Shown: positions 37,081 through 50,855 of the stretch, piece by piece | How the letters are laid out: each line of letters begins with the position of its first letter | Numbering within the stretch: position 1 is the stretch's first letter | Source: Heptranchias perlo | Taxonomy: Eukaryota | Assembly (NCBI RefSeq): GCF_035084215.1 | Contig: NC_090333.1 | Location: 36,766,001 to 36,830,000, forward strand | Reading direction: 5' to 3' | DNA: 64,000 nt | Position numbers and translations under genes: made by a program | Notes under the pieces: generated by a model | The model's database searches: none | Told to the model about the DNA's origin: nothing | What the model saw: only the letters and a program-made list of their open reading frames with translations

Positions 37081-38449
37081 AATTTGAATTTCCTACACCC
37101 CACGCAGTTACTCATCATTCACCAGGGCTCCAGTGGTTTTTAATGTGTGCTATCACTAAATGCTGCCTCGCTGAAGAACTCCACTCTGCCCGATGGCATA
37201 AAAGACAGTGGAGATTGAAAGAGCAAATGCAAACAGAATAAGAAATGGTTGCAACCCATTTTATTGGTTTTATGCCCGAGTGGGGAAAATATTGATTTTG
37301 ATTTGACAAGTCTGTTGATGTAGGTGCAGGACCTAAAAACAGAAAATGGTGGATATGCTAACTCCATAAACATATCAATAATCCAGAAAACAGAGAATGT
37401 ACCTCTTCTTTAAATAAGGAGCATTGCATGGTCCAGGACCCTTGTTTAACTACAGTACACAATTCTCATTAAGCAATCTTTTGCACATAATTCTTGCATT
37501 TTACCTTTGATTGTATTCACTATCTAAGCATTCTGGGTCCTTTTTAAAAGGCATTTCAATTTCTCTTAACATGATGCATCATGTATACAGAGCTATCCAC
37601 TGTGCAGTTCCAAGCATTACGATTTCTCCTTAGTGGCATTTGGTCTGGCAGTATATATACACCATAGTCCTGCGTGAGTCAGCGCTTACTTCTGTTGTTG
37701 AATTTAAATCTCCTCTCTGAATCAATCCTGCTGAGCTATCTCTGATTTAAAATCAATGGTAGGAGTCTGAACTGAAGTCAGGAGTTGGGACAGTTGCCAT
37801 TTAAATATCACAGTGTTAGAGGACGGAGCAACAGTTAACAGTAGCACCTGATAAGAATGCACTTGAGGACACATACACTCTGCAGAAGAGTGCTTCAGTA
37901 ACAGATCAAATTTTTATGTGGAATAAGCCCCTGCTATAATTGGCTTTTTTAAAAACTGCTCTGATCCTATATTGATGCATAAGAGTGAAGATTTTCCATC
38001 TTGTTGCTGGGCTGTGCATTGTGTGCTGCTTTGATCTTCCTCTTTTCTGTTATAGATATTAAAATGGCAGAAAACTTGTCAATGAATCCTGACTTTTTAA
38101 TTTCTTGCCTTGGAGACTCCATATCAGAAAATATGCAGCCTGATTAGTTTGCACTTCAATTTGAGTCAGACAGCTTGTCCTAGGAGCTTTAAGACTTGAA
38201 AGTCTCTAACCTGATAAGTGACCAGTTTGAATTTCATGGTTGCTTAGCTACCCATGTCTAATGCATCAATTTTTGTTGTGGGAGCATCAAGCTTTGCTTC
38301 TTAACACTCAATGAACCTCTGCCTAATAGCACTTTTGCCCACAGGGCCACCATCAGATTAAGTGTTGCTTATGGCATTTACACTGACAAGGATTATTATG
38401 AATACTTCAATTATATTTAGTTTACCAAAATATCAACTGTCTTTCCCAT

Positions 38450-38560
38450 CTCACCCCATTGCCGCTGAAATTTTCATTTATGCCCTTACCACTTCAAGAC
38501 TCAACTTCTCCAATGCTCTCCTTGTTGGCCTCCCAAGCTTCACCCTACATAAACATCAAC
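38450..38560 (+). mobile_element. L2 LINE fragment
   Basis: AAEIFIYALTTSRLNFSNALLVGLP is typical of the L2 RT C-terminus. Confidence 0.7.
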
Positions 38561-39086
38561 TGGGAAATTCTTAGAGTCTGAAATTCTGACCCAAATTGAG
38601 GATGGAGAGCAGGCGGACATGCCACCAACAGCTGGAATTTAAAGCAGAACCCAGTTCCACCCTAATTCTGCCCCATTTTTTCTAGGCAGCCATTTTCAGT
38701 TGATGGGGTGGGGAGGGGGCAGCTGTGGGTGGATCTTCCAAAATACTCGCAAAAGAGTTGCCAGGCCTTTGTGGATTCAAATAACCGTCAGCTAAATTCA
38801 AAATGAGCTGCCAGTCATACACTCAGAGAATGAATCACAGTTATTTGTGTTGAATTATATGTCTTGGTTCCTTCCTTATAAATGCAAGTAGTTGTTGTTG
38901 TTTAAGCTATCTGCTTGAAGACCAAACTGACTAGTAATCTCAAGTTAGGCAGAATGTGGATTTCGAATGCAGCTGGTTTATAACTCCTTGTATTGTGACT
39001 GAATTAAAAGAGCCACTTTCAAGCTAAAACTAGACAAAAGTGCTTCATTTTTGGCACAGAGACAACAAACCTGCACATCTAACAAT

Positions 39087-39777
39087 GGGCCGGATTTTGC
39101 TGTAAAAATAATGGTGAGGCTAACAGCGCTGTTATCTCTGTGCAAATCATACAGCAACTTCAGGCGACCGCACATGCAGAGTTAAACGCAGAAATCCAGA
39201 AGTTGCTGTATGAGATGAGATCCTCCTCCGTAAACTCCGCGAGACAGCATTTGACGTCTGGCTCCCCATTCAAATAAATGGCGTAAAGTTCCTGCACTGA
39301 CGTCGGAGATACGGACTAATTTTGCCATAAAAAGTTAGGACTGGTCCATTCTGATGTAAGTACCCTTTTAACAACATGGTCAGTCTTAATGACTGTCGAA
39401 CAACCTCTCTGGCACTGAAAATTAACTTTAACAAGCGTGGAGTCTCATTCCTTCAGATTTTAATTGTTGATGGACATTTAAAAAAATAAAATTTAAATAC
39501 TTTTTTTTGCATGTCCTTTCTGTCTCTTTTATCTTTCTCTTAATTCAATCTTTCTCTTTATTTCACTTTCTGTGCCTGATTTGACATTGAATTCACTATT
39601 CTAACTCACACTTCCTGTTCACACAGCTCCCAGATGCCCTGTAGAGGGCGCTGCACTTTTTGGCGCTCTAATTTAGAGGAAGTTGCCGTGCAAAAGCTCA
39701 GAGAAAGTCTATGGGCAAGTGCAAGTCTAACAAACAGAGGGCACCGTTCGTTCACCGCTCACAGCAAAATCTGGCCC
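39087..39777. mobile_element. Harbinger-type MITE (same family as 21052-21755)
   Basis: TIRs gggcccggattttgctgt / acagcaaaatctggccc; shared internal gaatgagactccac..aaagttaattttcag. Confidence 0.85.
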
Positions 39778-40109
39778 ATTAATTCTTTTTGATATCCAAA
39801 CTGCTCCAGCTCCTGATTTCTTACAGGGTCACCGCGATCTTAGATTCTTTACATGGCACCGTAGGATCTAGGGATATAGTGAGCCTTCTATTGATGATTT
39901 GTCAGAATCATGAGGTAATTCAGCTATTTTACAAACTTCTCAGTTTAGGGAATAGATGATAAAGTACAGCAAGAGACAGTACCGTGCATTTAACAGCCAG
40001 TATCAGCATGATCAGTGCTGCAATTTAAATGCTATTCTCAATTACATTAGAAAATACCAAAAGTGATAATATATTTAAAAATCACTTTTGGGGAGCAAGA
40101 TACAGATTT

Positions 40110-40355
40110 CCACTACCCTTTGTGTGAAAAAGTGCTTCCTGAGTTCACTCCTGAATGGCCTAGCTCTAATTTTAAGAATATGCCCTCTTGTTGTGGATCC
40201 CCCCACCAGAGGAAATAGTTTCTCTGTATCCCTTAATAATTTTAAATACCTCGATTAGATCACCCTTCAGCCTTCTAACTATAACTTCCTCCCCTTTGTA
40301 TTCCAGTCATCTTGAAATAAAGGCCAACATTCCATTAGCCTTTCTGATTACTTTT
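40110..40355 (-). mobile_element. Old CR1 fragment
   Basis: Nucleotide similarity to the CR1 3' region at 31470-31900. Confidence 0.6.
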
Positions 40356-41179
40356 GGCACACTCTCCTTTATGTCCTTCAGAAATCCTCCTCCTCTTCCA
40401 TCAACATGCATAGGACTTCCCTTAGGACAACTCATGGTTTTAGGATCTATCCTTTATTGTGGACAGGAATCAAAAAGTTGCAAGTGACCAGAAAGTCCTA
40501 CAGTTTGGAAGTTTGAGGTCCAGCACCCAGGTACCGTCTAGTAATTGCTTTTAGTTACTGGACTTAATTTATGCCATCATAAGATTTTACCCTGGTTTTG
40601 AAAACAATAGAGCATCACATCAGAGCTCGTTTTAAATATAAAATATTAAGCAAATTTGTTTTATGAAAGATGAACAGGCACATAACAAATAGTAACATAA
40701 TTATATATTTACTGTAGACAACTTTCGACCTAACTCCTTGAGTGGACAAAATAAAAAGAGCACAACTCTAAGAACTAAGCTAATTCTTTGTAAATAACTT
40801 TTAAATTGCGCACTTGATTCTTTTTTCTTTAAGGAATATCAAACTGACCAGTACTAACTGGTTGCTTCTCTGAAATTTTGAACAGTCTCCTCTCACAGGA
40901 TTTTCCAATTGCCTCTGATTTTTACAGAACAGTGTTTTTTATATATCCTGGAAAAAAGTTATTGGAACTTCACTGATTTTGAATTCTGACCTCTACAATC
41001 CAAAAGGGAACTCTCAGTCAATTGCATCTTTCTCAAGCCTATAACTAACTAAACTTGTAGCATAGTATTGGGATTGGCATGGTATATGACTTTGGCTTCA
41101 GCTAGCTGTTAAACTCCCTATGCACAACGACCGGGTTTAAAGGGGCTGCCGCCAAACCAAAACCTCAACAAAAGTTCAC

Positions 41180-41850
41180 ATCCTGCCTTCCATTTTTATT
41201 TATACTACTTTTTTACTTTCAAATTTGATCCAATCTCTCTGTTCATTCATGGAACCCCAGCTTTCGATACATTCCCTTTTTTCCTTACTGGAACATACCT
41301 GATTTGTACTCTTTCCATCTCTGCGTAAATAATTCCCACTACTCATCTACAGCTCAACTTGCCAATTTTTCATTTCATTTTATATGGGCAAGGTTTCTTC
41401 TTATCTTGCTATAATTTGTTTCTTTCCTTATCATTGATTTTTCTTTTTCATTTTCTATTCTTACACTGAACCTAATTATATTGTGATCACTGTTTCCCAA
41501 ATATTCTCCTACCTTTAGGGTACCTATTTACTCTACTTCATTATCCAGAACCGGTTCAACCGTTCCTACTTTATTGGAGTGGCAACATATTGACTGAGAA
41601 AATAGTCCTAAGCACAAAGCAGAAAAAAACTCCCCTTTTTGCACCACAAATATTTTCTTATTGCAGTCTATTTTGGAATAATTGAAATCTCTTACAATTA
41701 TATCTTTATTGTTAATACATCTCTTTAATTTCTCTACGCATTTCATCATTAATTTTCTTTCCGTTGGTTGGTGATCTATAATATACTCCTACTAATGTGA
41801 CAGATCCCTTGCTATTCCTTAGCTGAATCCAGAAGAATTCTGTTTAGACT
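41180..41850 (-). mobile_element. Old CR1 endonuclease-region fragment
   Basis: IIVRDFNYSKID plus an SDHN-like remnant near 41480. Confidence 0.6.
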
Positions 41851-42384
41851 AAATATCTATTTAAATCCTTATGCTCTGGTGTTAAAATAATGAGACCAAA
41901 AATCTGTGGGTCATGAGGTCAGTGGTTATGTCAGGGCTATGCCAACTTTGTGCCCTCCAGTGCTGATCCCACCAGAGTTTTGAGCGGTCAGCGGGAGGAT
42001 ACCTCATTAATCTGTAACACTACTGATGCATCTCTGGCACCCACCTATCCACATTTGTTGGAATGTGCCTAGCGTTCGCCCCCCCACCCCCGCCCCGCCC
42101 TGGTCATGACATCTGCAGCTTTTCCCTTTCTACTGGGTTCCAGGCTGCATCCCTGGCTTGAACTCTAATGGTGGGACTCACATTCACCCTTGTGGATATG
42201 CCTCTTTCAACCTTTCGATATCCATAGTCCCTGTACATCTGAGCTTACTTTCCCTTCCAAGCTGTCTACTCTTGCTTTTCCCCTTTCGAAAAATGATTTC
42301 TAGGACAGCTTTGGGATTGTAAAATGCACTATTTTCAGATAGCTTGTACAATGCAGTTGTGGCTCCTTGGAACTGTAGTCCTGT

Positions 42385-44075
42385 AATTGCTGATGGACAA
42401 GTTTAATGCAAGTTTTGCCTGGTTGGGGGAGAGTATACCAGACAAACAAGGTGGACAGGACATTAGAAGAAGGTCAAAAAAAATTAAAACATTTAAAATA
42501 GAAAGAGGGGAGATAATTGATAAACTAATCAAACTAAGGGAGGTTAAGAACCGTGGTCCGGATGAATTGCATCCGTGAAATTAAAAGAAGTTAGGGAGGA
42601 GTAGCAGAGGCACTATTACATATAAATAAAAATTCACTAGAAAAGGGAAAAGTGCCAGAAAACTAGCGGACAGCTAATCTTATTCCTATATTTAAAAAGG
42701 GAGGTAGAACAAGTCCAGGGAACTATAGACCAGTCAGCTTAATATCGGTGGTAGGAAAGATAATGGAATCTTTGCTCGAAGATGTAATAGAAAAACATTT
42801 AGAAACTGAAAATATAATAAAGTGTAGTCAGCCCAGATTTCAAAAGGGAAAGTCATGCTTGACCAATTTTATTGAATTCTTTGAAGAAGTAACGGAAAGA
42901 GTAGAAAAGGGTAATGCAGTAGATGTAATATATTTGGATTTTCAAAAGGCCTTTGGTAAGGTACCGCATTGTAGATTCATGGCTAAGGTCAGAGCATGTG
43001 GAGTAGGGGGACAGGAAGCAGAATGGATAGTAAACTAGCTACAAAACAGAAAACAGAGAGTAGGGGTTAAGGGTAGCTACTCAGACTGGCAAAAGGTAGG
43101 AAGTGGTGTTCCACAGGGATCAGTGCTGGGGCCACTGTTGTTCACAATTTACATTAATGATTTGGATTCGGGAATCAACACCAAATTGAGGGGTGTAGTT
43201 AATACAAAAGAAGAATGCGTCAAAATGCATGATGGCATTAATAAACTTGCAGAATGGGCATGTAATTGTCAAATGAATTTCAATATAGATAGGTGTGAAG
43301 TAGTGCATTTTGGTAGGAAGAATAAGGAGGCCACATACTGCTTGGATAATAAGAGTCTAAACAGGATAGAGGAGCAAAGGGATCTAGGGATACAAATACA
43401 CAAATCACTAAAAATAGCAACGCAAGTTAGCATGGCCATAAAAAGGCAAATCAAGCATTAGGGTTCATTTCTAGAGGGATAGAATTGAAAAGCAAAGAAG
43501 TGATGTTAAACTTGTATAGAACTTGGTTAGACCACACTTGGAATATTGTGCACAGTTCTGGTCTCCATACTATAGAAAGAATATAGAGGCATTGGAGATG
43601 GTGCAAAAAAGATTCACAAGGATAATACCAGAACTGAGAGGATACCCTTATCAGAAAAGGTTGAACATGCTGGGGCTCTTTTTTCTAGAAAGGAGAAGGC
43701 TGAGGGGTGACCTGATAGAGTTCTTTAAGATAATGAAAGGGTTTGATAGAGTAGATGTAGAGAAAATGTTTCTACTTGTGGGAGAGGCCATAAATGTAAA
43801 ATAGTTTCTAATAAATCCAATAGGGAATTCAGGAGAAACTTCTTTACCCAAAGAGTGGTAAGAATATGGAATGTGCTACCACCAGGTGTATTTGAGGCAA
43901 ATAGCGTGGATGCATTTAAGGGGAAGCCGGATAAGCACATGAGGAGAAAGGAATAGAAGATATCCTGATAGGGTTAGATGAAGTAGGGAGGGAGGAGGCA
44001 TGTGTGGAGCATATACGCTGGCACAGGCCAGATGGGCCGAATGGCCTGTCTCTGTGCTGTAGTTTTGATGTAACT
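42385..44075 (+). mobile_element. CR1 LINE RT and 3' end, degraded
   Basis: [41 protein letters not shown]. Confidence 0.9.
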
Positions 44076-44365
44076 CGATGTTCAAGGGCTCATCAGGGTG
44101 CGCCATGATGCTTGTGGAAGTGGGAGCAGGGATGAGGGAGAGACTTGTTGAATACAGCTATAGGGTGGATTTGTGATCTTTTATGTGTTAAATGATAAAT
44201 TATATTTTTACAGGTACATGATGAGGCAGTGAGGTGGGTGAGGAACTATCGTCTCAAATTTATTTGCATAATATGATGGGTTATTTTCTACTTTCATTAC
44301 TCACCAATTAAAAATAAGAAACACACGGAGACACAGACCCTTAGCCATTGAGGGACACTTAATAG

Positions 44366-45140
44366 GTGTCAGCCATGGCTCAGTGTTAGCACTCTTACCT
44401 CTGAATTAAGAAGGTTGTTGGTTCAAGCCACACTCCAGAAACTTGAGTACGTATTCCAGACTGGCATTTCAGTGCAGTGTTGAGGGAATGCTGCACTGTC
44501 CAAGGTGCTTTTTTAGGCTGAGACGTTAAACTGAGGCTTGGTCTGCCCTCTCAAGTTGACATAAAAGATCCCATGACACTATTCAAAGAAGAGCTTGGGT
44601 GTTCTCCCAGTGTCCTGGCCAATATTTATCCCTCAAACAACATCAATAAAACAGATTGGCCTAGAAATTGCATTGCATAGCGCCCAAAAAACACCTAAGG
44701 CCACAAACTGGAAGGCAGGAAGCGCTCCACTCACCATATTGGATAAAGACATAGAATAGATGTTCATTACCCACACCTGACGCTGGCGATAGGCCCTTTG
44801 CATATGCCCACTTACCTGAGGGCTGCTGCGATGCTAGCCTTGGCCCGATTTCTCACCACTCCTCTTTAGTCTTTGCTGACGGCCTATTGGACATCTATTA
44901 CAATGAAGTTTGAGGCCCAATATCACCCTGCACTCCCCACCTGCCCAAAAATGGTCACGCCTGAATTTCTAGGCAATTATCTGGTCATGTATCTCATTGC
45001 TGTTTGTTGGACCTTGCTGTGCGTAAATTGACTGCTGTGTTTCCCTACATTACACTTCAAAAGTACTTCATTGGCTGTAAAGCGCTTTGGGACGTCCTGA
45101 GGTTGTGAAAGGCACTGTATAAATGCAAATCTTTCTTTCT
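44366..45140 (+). mobile_element. tRNA-derived Deu-domain-type SINE interrupted by a MITE
   Basis: A box tggctcagtgtt and B box ggttcaagcc; central gtgtcctggccaatattt; L2-like tail aaagcgctttgggacgtcctgaggttgtgaaaggcactgtataaatgcaa, resembling the L2 end at about 57630-57690. Family assignment is from recall. Confidence 0.75.
44658..44975. mobile_element. Harbinger-type MITE nested in the SINE
   Basis: TIRs ggcctagaaatt / aatttctaggca with a perfect TSD ATT (44655-44657 / 44976-44978). Confidence 0.85.
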
Positions 45141-46430
45141 TTATTGACCCCTAGACTACACCGTTTCCAAAGCTTCTCCAGTCCAAGCAACACCCTTTAA
45201 CCCTAGCCCTTTGTTTCCTGTCTGTCAACAAACTATATTCTATCTACGCTGCTACCTTCCCTCTTATATCATATACCTAAATTTTTGAAACAAGCCTCCT
45301 GTAAGACAATTTATTGAAAGTCTTCTGAATATCCGTCTACACATCTGCTGAATTCCCTTTATCCACTCAATCACATCTTCAAATAACTGTAACTCTTGCA
45401 GCATTTCCTCATAACTGAGCTCTAATTGTATGTATTAATGTGGTTGCTCTCCTCTGCACCTTGTGCAGCAAAGAAATGGAACACAGTACTCAAAGTGCAG
45501 ATATACCATACCCTTATATAGCCTAAGGATAGTACTCTTCATTTTGTACTCAATTCCAGCAATACAATCTAAAACCTTATTTTCATTCCCTAAAGCCACC
45601 TCACGTTGCTTGTGCATATTTAACAAGTAATTGATTATACCTCCCAGGTCTCTTTCTTAATCTGTTACTTTTACTAGATACCTTGCAGGTCTCCCCTCCA
45701 AGTCACACACCATCCCGACTTGGAAATATATCGCCGTTTCTTCATCGTTGCTGGGTCAAAATCCTGGAACTCCCTTCCTCACAGCACTGTGGGAGAACCT
45801 TCACCACACGGACTGCAGCGGTTCAAGAAGGCGGCTCACCACCACCTTCTACAGGGCAATTAGGGATGGGCAATAAATGCTGGCCTTGCCAGCGACACCC
45901 ACATCCCATGAACGAATGAATAAATAAATATGCCTGCAGTTTCCTAACCCCAAATGCTTTTCTCCACATTAAATCTGTCAGACATTCTTCTGCATTGTTT
46001 AAGTTGGCCTGCAACTATTGATTTGAATTACTAACCCATATTCACATTTTCGTGTCATTAGAGAATTTAAGAATGGTCCCATTTAAGCTCTACTTTAAGT
46101 CACTAATGAAAATGATGAGCCACTTATGATCAGGCCCTAATCAGACTCACTCCCCTTAATGACAACTCTCTTTCTATCCAACATTATAGCTATGGAATAA
46201 TCACACATCTCCAATTTTTCTAATAGTCGTCTATGCAGTACTTTACTTTTAAAAATTTGGAAATCAGAACCTTAACAGGATTATCTTCATCCAGATACTT
46301 CTGCAAAGAACTCAAGCAGCTTAGTGAAGCAGAACCTATGTTTCCTAAAGCCATGCTGGGCATCCCTAAGAACTGCCAAAATATCCATTTAATCATAAAT
46401 CATACCCTGTATAATGCTTTCCAACAGAGT
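45140..46430 (-). mobile_element. Highly decayed CR1 remnants
   Basis: ILRLYKGMVYLHFEYCVPF and other weak RT remnants. Confidence 0.5.
45683..45928 (+). mobile_element. 3' fragment of the tRNA-headed LINE family
   Basis: gggcaattagggatgggcaataaatgctggccttgccagcgacacccacatcccatgaacgaatgaataaataaa. Confidence 0.9.
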
Positions 46431-46879
46431 GCAGTGATAGGGTTCTTTGTGTGGCCTCATTACATTTAACTAGATATTGGGCAGTCTGGCTCATAGGGAA
46501 CACAAAGTCTGCTTAGAGGAGCAGCTAGTAATCCTGAACCTAATGAAAATATCCAGGATAAAAACCTAGAAATTTAACATTTTTTGTAGGCCTAGATTTT
46601 TCTCCATGGTGTATTTCCACCAGTAATGCGTCAGGTTGGGACTTCCAGCTGTTCATGTTCCCATGCTCTGACCCTGTTCTACTTTCCTTCCTCACGTTTA
46701 TTATCACACTCAGGGTGGGTTCCCAGGGCAATTAGCACTCGCTATTAGCTTGCCTTTGGAGAGGAGTGCTGAGAAACCAATGCTGTTATGGCATTTAACT
46801 GACGGCAGCAGCTTAAAGCAGAAGGCCACTGATTTCAAAACAATATACTGAGACCAGAAGAAGCCCTCTGTGCGTGTCG

Positions 46880-47094
46880 CACTTAAGTTTTCAGACTTTT
46901 CCACAGAGGTGTCATTGGTCCAAATAATAGAACGGAAGGATTGATGATTTGGCACTGAGGGAAGGAGGACAACTAAAGTAATGATCCCAGTACAGTGGAA
47001 GGAGGTAGCCTTGGCAATCAGTGCCACTTCCACCGACCTCCACATGACAACTCAGTGCTAGAAGCAGTTCAAAGATCTTATCAGGCAATCTCAG
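46880..47094 (+). pseudogene. Harbinger-like Myb/SANT exon relic
   Basis: KFSDFSTEVSLVQIIERKD**FGTEGRR..VQWKEVALAISATS..TQC*KQFKDLIRQSQ|gtaag. Confidence 0.7.
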
Positions 47095-49420
47095 GTAAGA
47101 AGAGACAGTCACAGCTCATAACAATATAAGAAGCATGTTTCACATTTGCAGCCACCTTGCTCTCACTGTGTTAAGCATCATCTATAACTTACTGCATGGG
47201 GCACCACAAAATATTTCGCCCTTTTCCTTCCCCTGCAAGTGTTCCTCCAGTTGCAGCCTAACATGAAGGAAAACAGTAAAAGCCTCACATGATTCACAGT
47301 TGCTCCTTTCCTGCACATGTTATCACCCTCATTGAAGAATACTCACTGACACCTGGGTTGTATTCCACATGATGGAAAGTAGAGGACCTATGTAAACATA
47401 CCAGAGAAGCAGTGAGAAAAGAAGTAGGTGGGGAGTTGCCAGCTGCAGATTGGTCCTAACATTCATCTTCTCATAACCCTTCAGCTCCTGCAGCACACAT
47501 ATAGCTGTAATCACAATACATTGTGAATGCTTATGGTCATATCTTGTACGTAAAGTACTGTAACCATTGTGCTGCTCAACCATTCCTGCTTCCTCCTTTT
47601 CTTTTTGTGCCCTCCCAGGTGTGCCACAGCAACAAGCAGAGGAAAAGCTGCATGAGAAACCTGTTTCCTTTGGGTCAGGGCTACCTAGCCCCTTTTCACA
47701 AATGGTATCATTCACTCTGTCCCAAGCACCACCCAGAGACAACCATTAGGTGACATGGTGGGGCGGATAGTAGTTAGTAAAGCAGAAGGGAGTGCACAGG
47801 TGGCCTGATGGTGATGCACAGAGCAGGAGCGGCCATGAGAGCTGGGGCTGGAAGTTGAGGGGACAATGACAGTCAACAGGAACAAAAGATACCTATCCTC
47901 AGCTGAGACTCTCAGGATTTGGATCTGAGGTCCTGCATTTAAAACAAGGATGCTTGTAGAGCATCAAACATACGTGCTGCCACTGGAGACAGTGTCCCAG
48001 AATGTACTGCAGATGGTAGCCCAGTAGGAAGAATACGCTACCCACACCTTAGCAGCATGATGGATATACGTTCAGCATTGTAGCGAACTCCAAAGCACCT
48101 GGCAACTCCAGAACAATCTGCAGCAGCACAGTCTCCACCCCCCCACCCCCTCCACCGCCCATCAAAGTCAACACAAAGAAAATTGGGCACGGTGTAAAAT
48201 GGGCAGCCAATTCGTTCCTGGTGTTGACCAAGTTCACCCTACGATCTCTGCTGGTCTGAATACAGAAAACTATCTCTCAGGGCTTCAACAATTTGACTGG
48301 TACTATTTGCACAGCTTTCGTGCTGGTAAATTGGCCAACTTTAAACAAGGCCCAGTACTAGTGACCTGACAGATGCGCACTTCCATGAAGATGATGTCTC
48401 TCTGAACAGTAGCGATAGGTCGTCTGCTGGGGAGTGGTGGGGGGCCAGACTGGGCAGACTCTACAGATGTCTGCACATGTGACAGAAAGTAACCAGGAAT
48501 AGGCTGCCCATGCAGCAGCACAAGAGATGCAACTACAACACCCGATTTGAGGCCTCAGCTGTCCTGAAACAAAGGCAACCTCAGTCCAAATGGTTCCCGG
48601 AGGAAATCTCCAACCGTTCCATTTTACACCTTCCTGCCCTTGAGAGAACACTATAGAGAAGTAGGAGTTTAGGATTGAAAGGGCATGCTTTTGTAGACAT
48701 CAGGAGAAAGCATGGGGGCAAAAAACATTAGGAAGGTACACAGAATGCTGTGAAGTAAAAAAAACTGTTAGCACAGACGTTATGAGCAAAGTATTTTTTT
48801 TAGCAAGATGGGTGAATGCTTTGCAAATGTTTCCAAAATGGTAGATGTAATTAGTTGTGTTTGAGAAGCAAATGTCTGGATAGTAATGATTTGGTGTTCT
48901 GTAAAGAAGGAAGGGTGCAGATACAGATTGGCCACCTGCATAACCTTCTCCAAAAGGCTCCACAGAATGGCAGCCCAAAATACCTAGAGTCAGTTCCTCT
49001 AGGCAGCTCAGGGGCATCAGATTGATTGGACCCCTTCCAGTTGACAGATTCTCTTTTGTGTTGCAGTCCTCCGTTATATACAAAGAGATTGGTGAAGTGT
49101 TGACTGTTCAACGAGCCCTGACTTAGTTATGCAATTGGCCACAGTGCTTCCCAAAATAAGATTGCAGGAACATGCAGAATGCAAGTGGGTATTGGGGAGT
49201 CTTTAGTGACCCTACTCGCCATCAGTAAAAGATTTCCTGGGAAATTGAAAGGTCTGTCGTGCATGAATATGGGTTGCTTTCTGCTAGTGTTGGAGAGAGC
49301 AAAACAGTCTTTAAAGATGAGGAAGCATCCCATGTGATGATGCAGCTGGTACAGGGGAAAGAGTATGTGTGCGACACCATGCCACAATACTGTAAAGAGA
49401 TAACATTAGCAGTCACTTAC

Positions 49421-49650
49421 CTTGGCAAACTTCTTCAAAGTGCTGATTTTTTTCTGCATCAGGGAGGAACAACTTCTAACAGCAGAAACTCCATTCACCT
49501 GCTCTACCACCTCTTCCCACATAGGTCTGACAGATGCTTTCTGGAGACGGTGCCACTCACAGCCAAAAACTGGCAACCTTGTTTTGCATCAGCTCCCAGA
49601 GCACTACTTTCAGTGCTCCTCCTTGGGCATTTGCAAGTTCCTGACTCAGC
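49421..49650 (-). pseudogene. Harbinger-like Myb/SANT exon relic
   Basis: FGCEWHRLQKASVRPMWEEVVEQVNGVSAVRS..QKKISTLKKFAK|gtaag, with a possible TIR caatttgtaccc near 49862-49873. Confidence 0.65.
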
Positions 49651-50855
49651 CTCAGAAAAAAGGAAGCAACAAAAAAATTCTCTACAACTGGAACCTCTCT
49701 AAGGAGTTGCATCTGCAGTTTTAAGTTTACGCTCTGGCCACACGCCACATTGACTAATCTGCACCGGGAACATGATTCCTTTAAGAAATGAGGGGTAAAC
49801 CCCTGAGGTCCTTTCTCTATGTATGCAACACAGAAAGCACCAGCATACTGATTCCCCAGTGCAATTTGTACCCTTATATTTTTTTGTGTTCATTAAGGGG
49901 GACTAACATTTGCACCAGGCACACAGGGAGAATGTTTATGAAGCACTTTGACACTGATGTGAGATTTTGCATCTGGAATCAGGCAGCCAGCCAGGCCTAG
50001 ACTATTAGAAAGTGTTCAAGCTGCTGATCACTGGACATCAGCAATAACGAGGCCATGTTCTTTGGGAACTGTTTATTCGGGTACATGTTCTTGTGCAGAA
50101 ATTACCAAATATTGGAACATTGTATGGAAACCTGTGAGAAGCATCTTATATGTGATAGCACCAAACAGAATGCAAAAATAAAACAAAAACATCCAATACA
50201 AGATTTATCTGAAAACTTGCAATGCATGGAACAGAATTTTTGAAATGCTGCTTCAGCAAAAAACATTGATCATGCTGTCTCACTAATAAGAAATTTTGAT
50301 CCACAAAGTTTGAAGCAATAATGTGTGATTCAATCCCCTGCACCACCAACTTCTCAATCTCAGCCCCATCATTGTGGCACATAGTGGAAGCCAAGTAATA
50401 CTCAGTGGGGTGAAGGGAAAATTGGGGGAATGCCCATTCCTAGGTCTTTCTTCCACATCTCCTGGATACTGGTACAGATTTTCATTTACGTAAGTCATCT
50501 ACCTGTTACTCAATGGCTGTAGAGGCTCAGAAAGGAAGGAATGGAGGGATATTATATATCCTCCAACTTTAAAAAGAAGAAATTGTTAATCCATAAAGTA
50601 AATTTTCTCTCTCAAGGGAAAGCCTGCTAAGATCAGATACAATTTCAGTTAAATCTGTACAATCATTAGAGAGACATAAACAGTGATTGTTTTTGTTTAC
50701 AATTACCTTTTTGTGTCTCAGAACAGGGCCAACCATGACGCCACTCCACTCTTTTGATGAAAAAAAATGAACTGAGCATTTCTTCATATACCTTTCTGCC
50801 CTAAGAATGCATCATTCATGCTCTTCACATTTATCATGCACTAATAAAAAGACTT

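Noticed and set aside
47300-50800. Endogenous viral element suggested by many short ORFs
   Set aside because: No viral motifs recognised; the only identifiable pieces are Harbinger Myb exons and MITE remnants.
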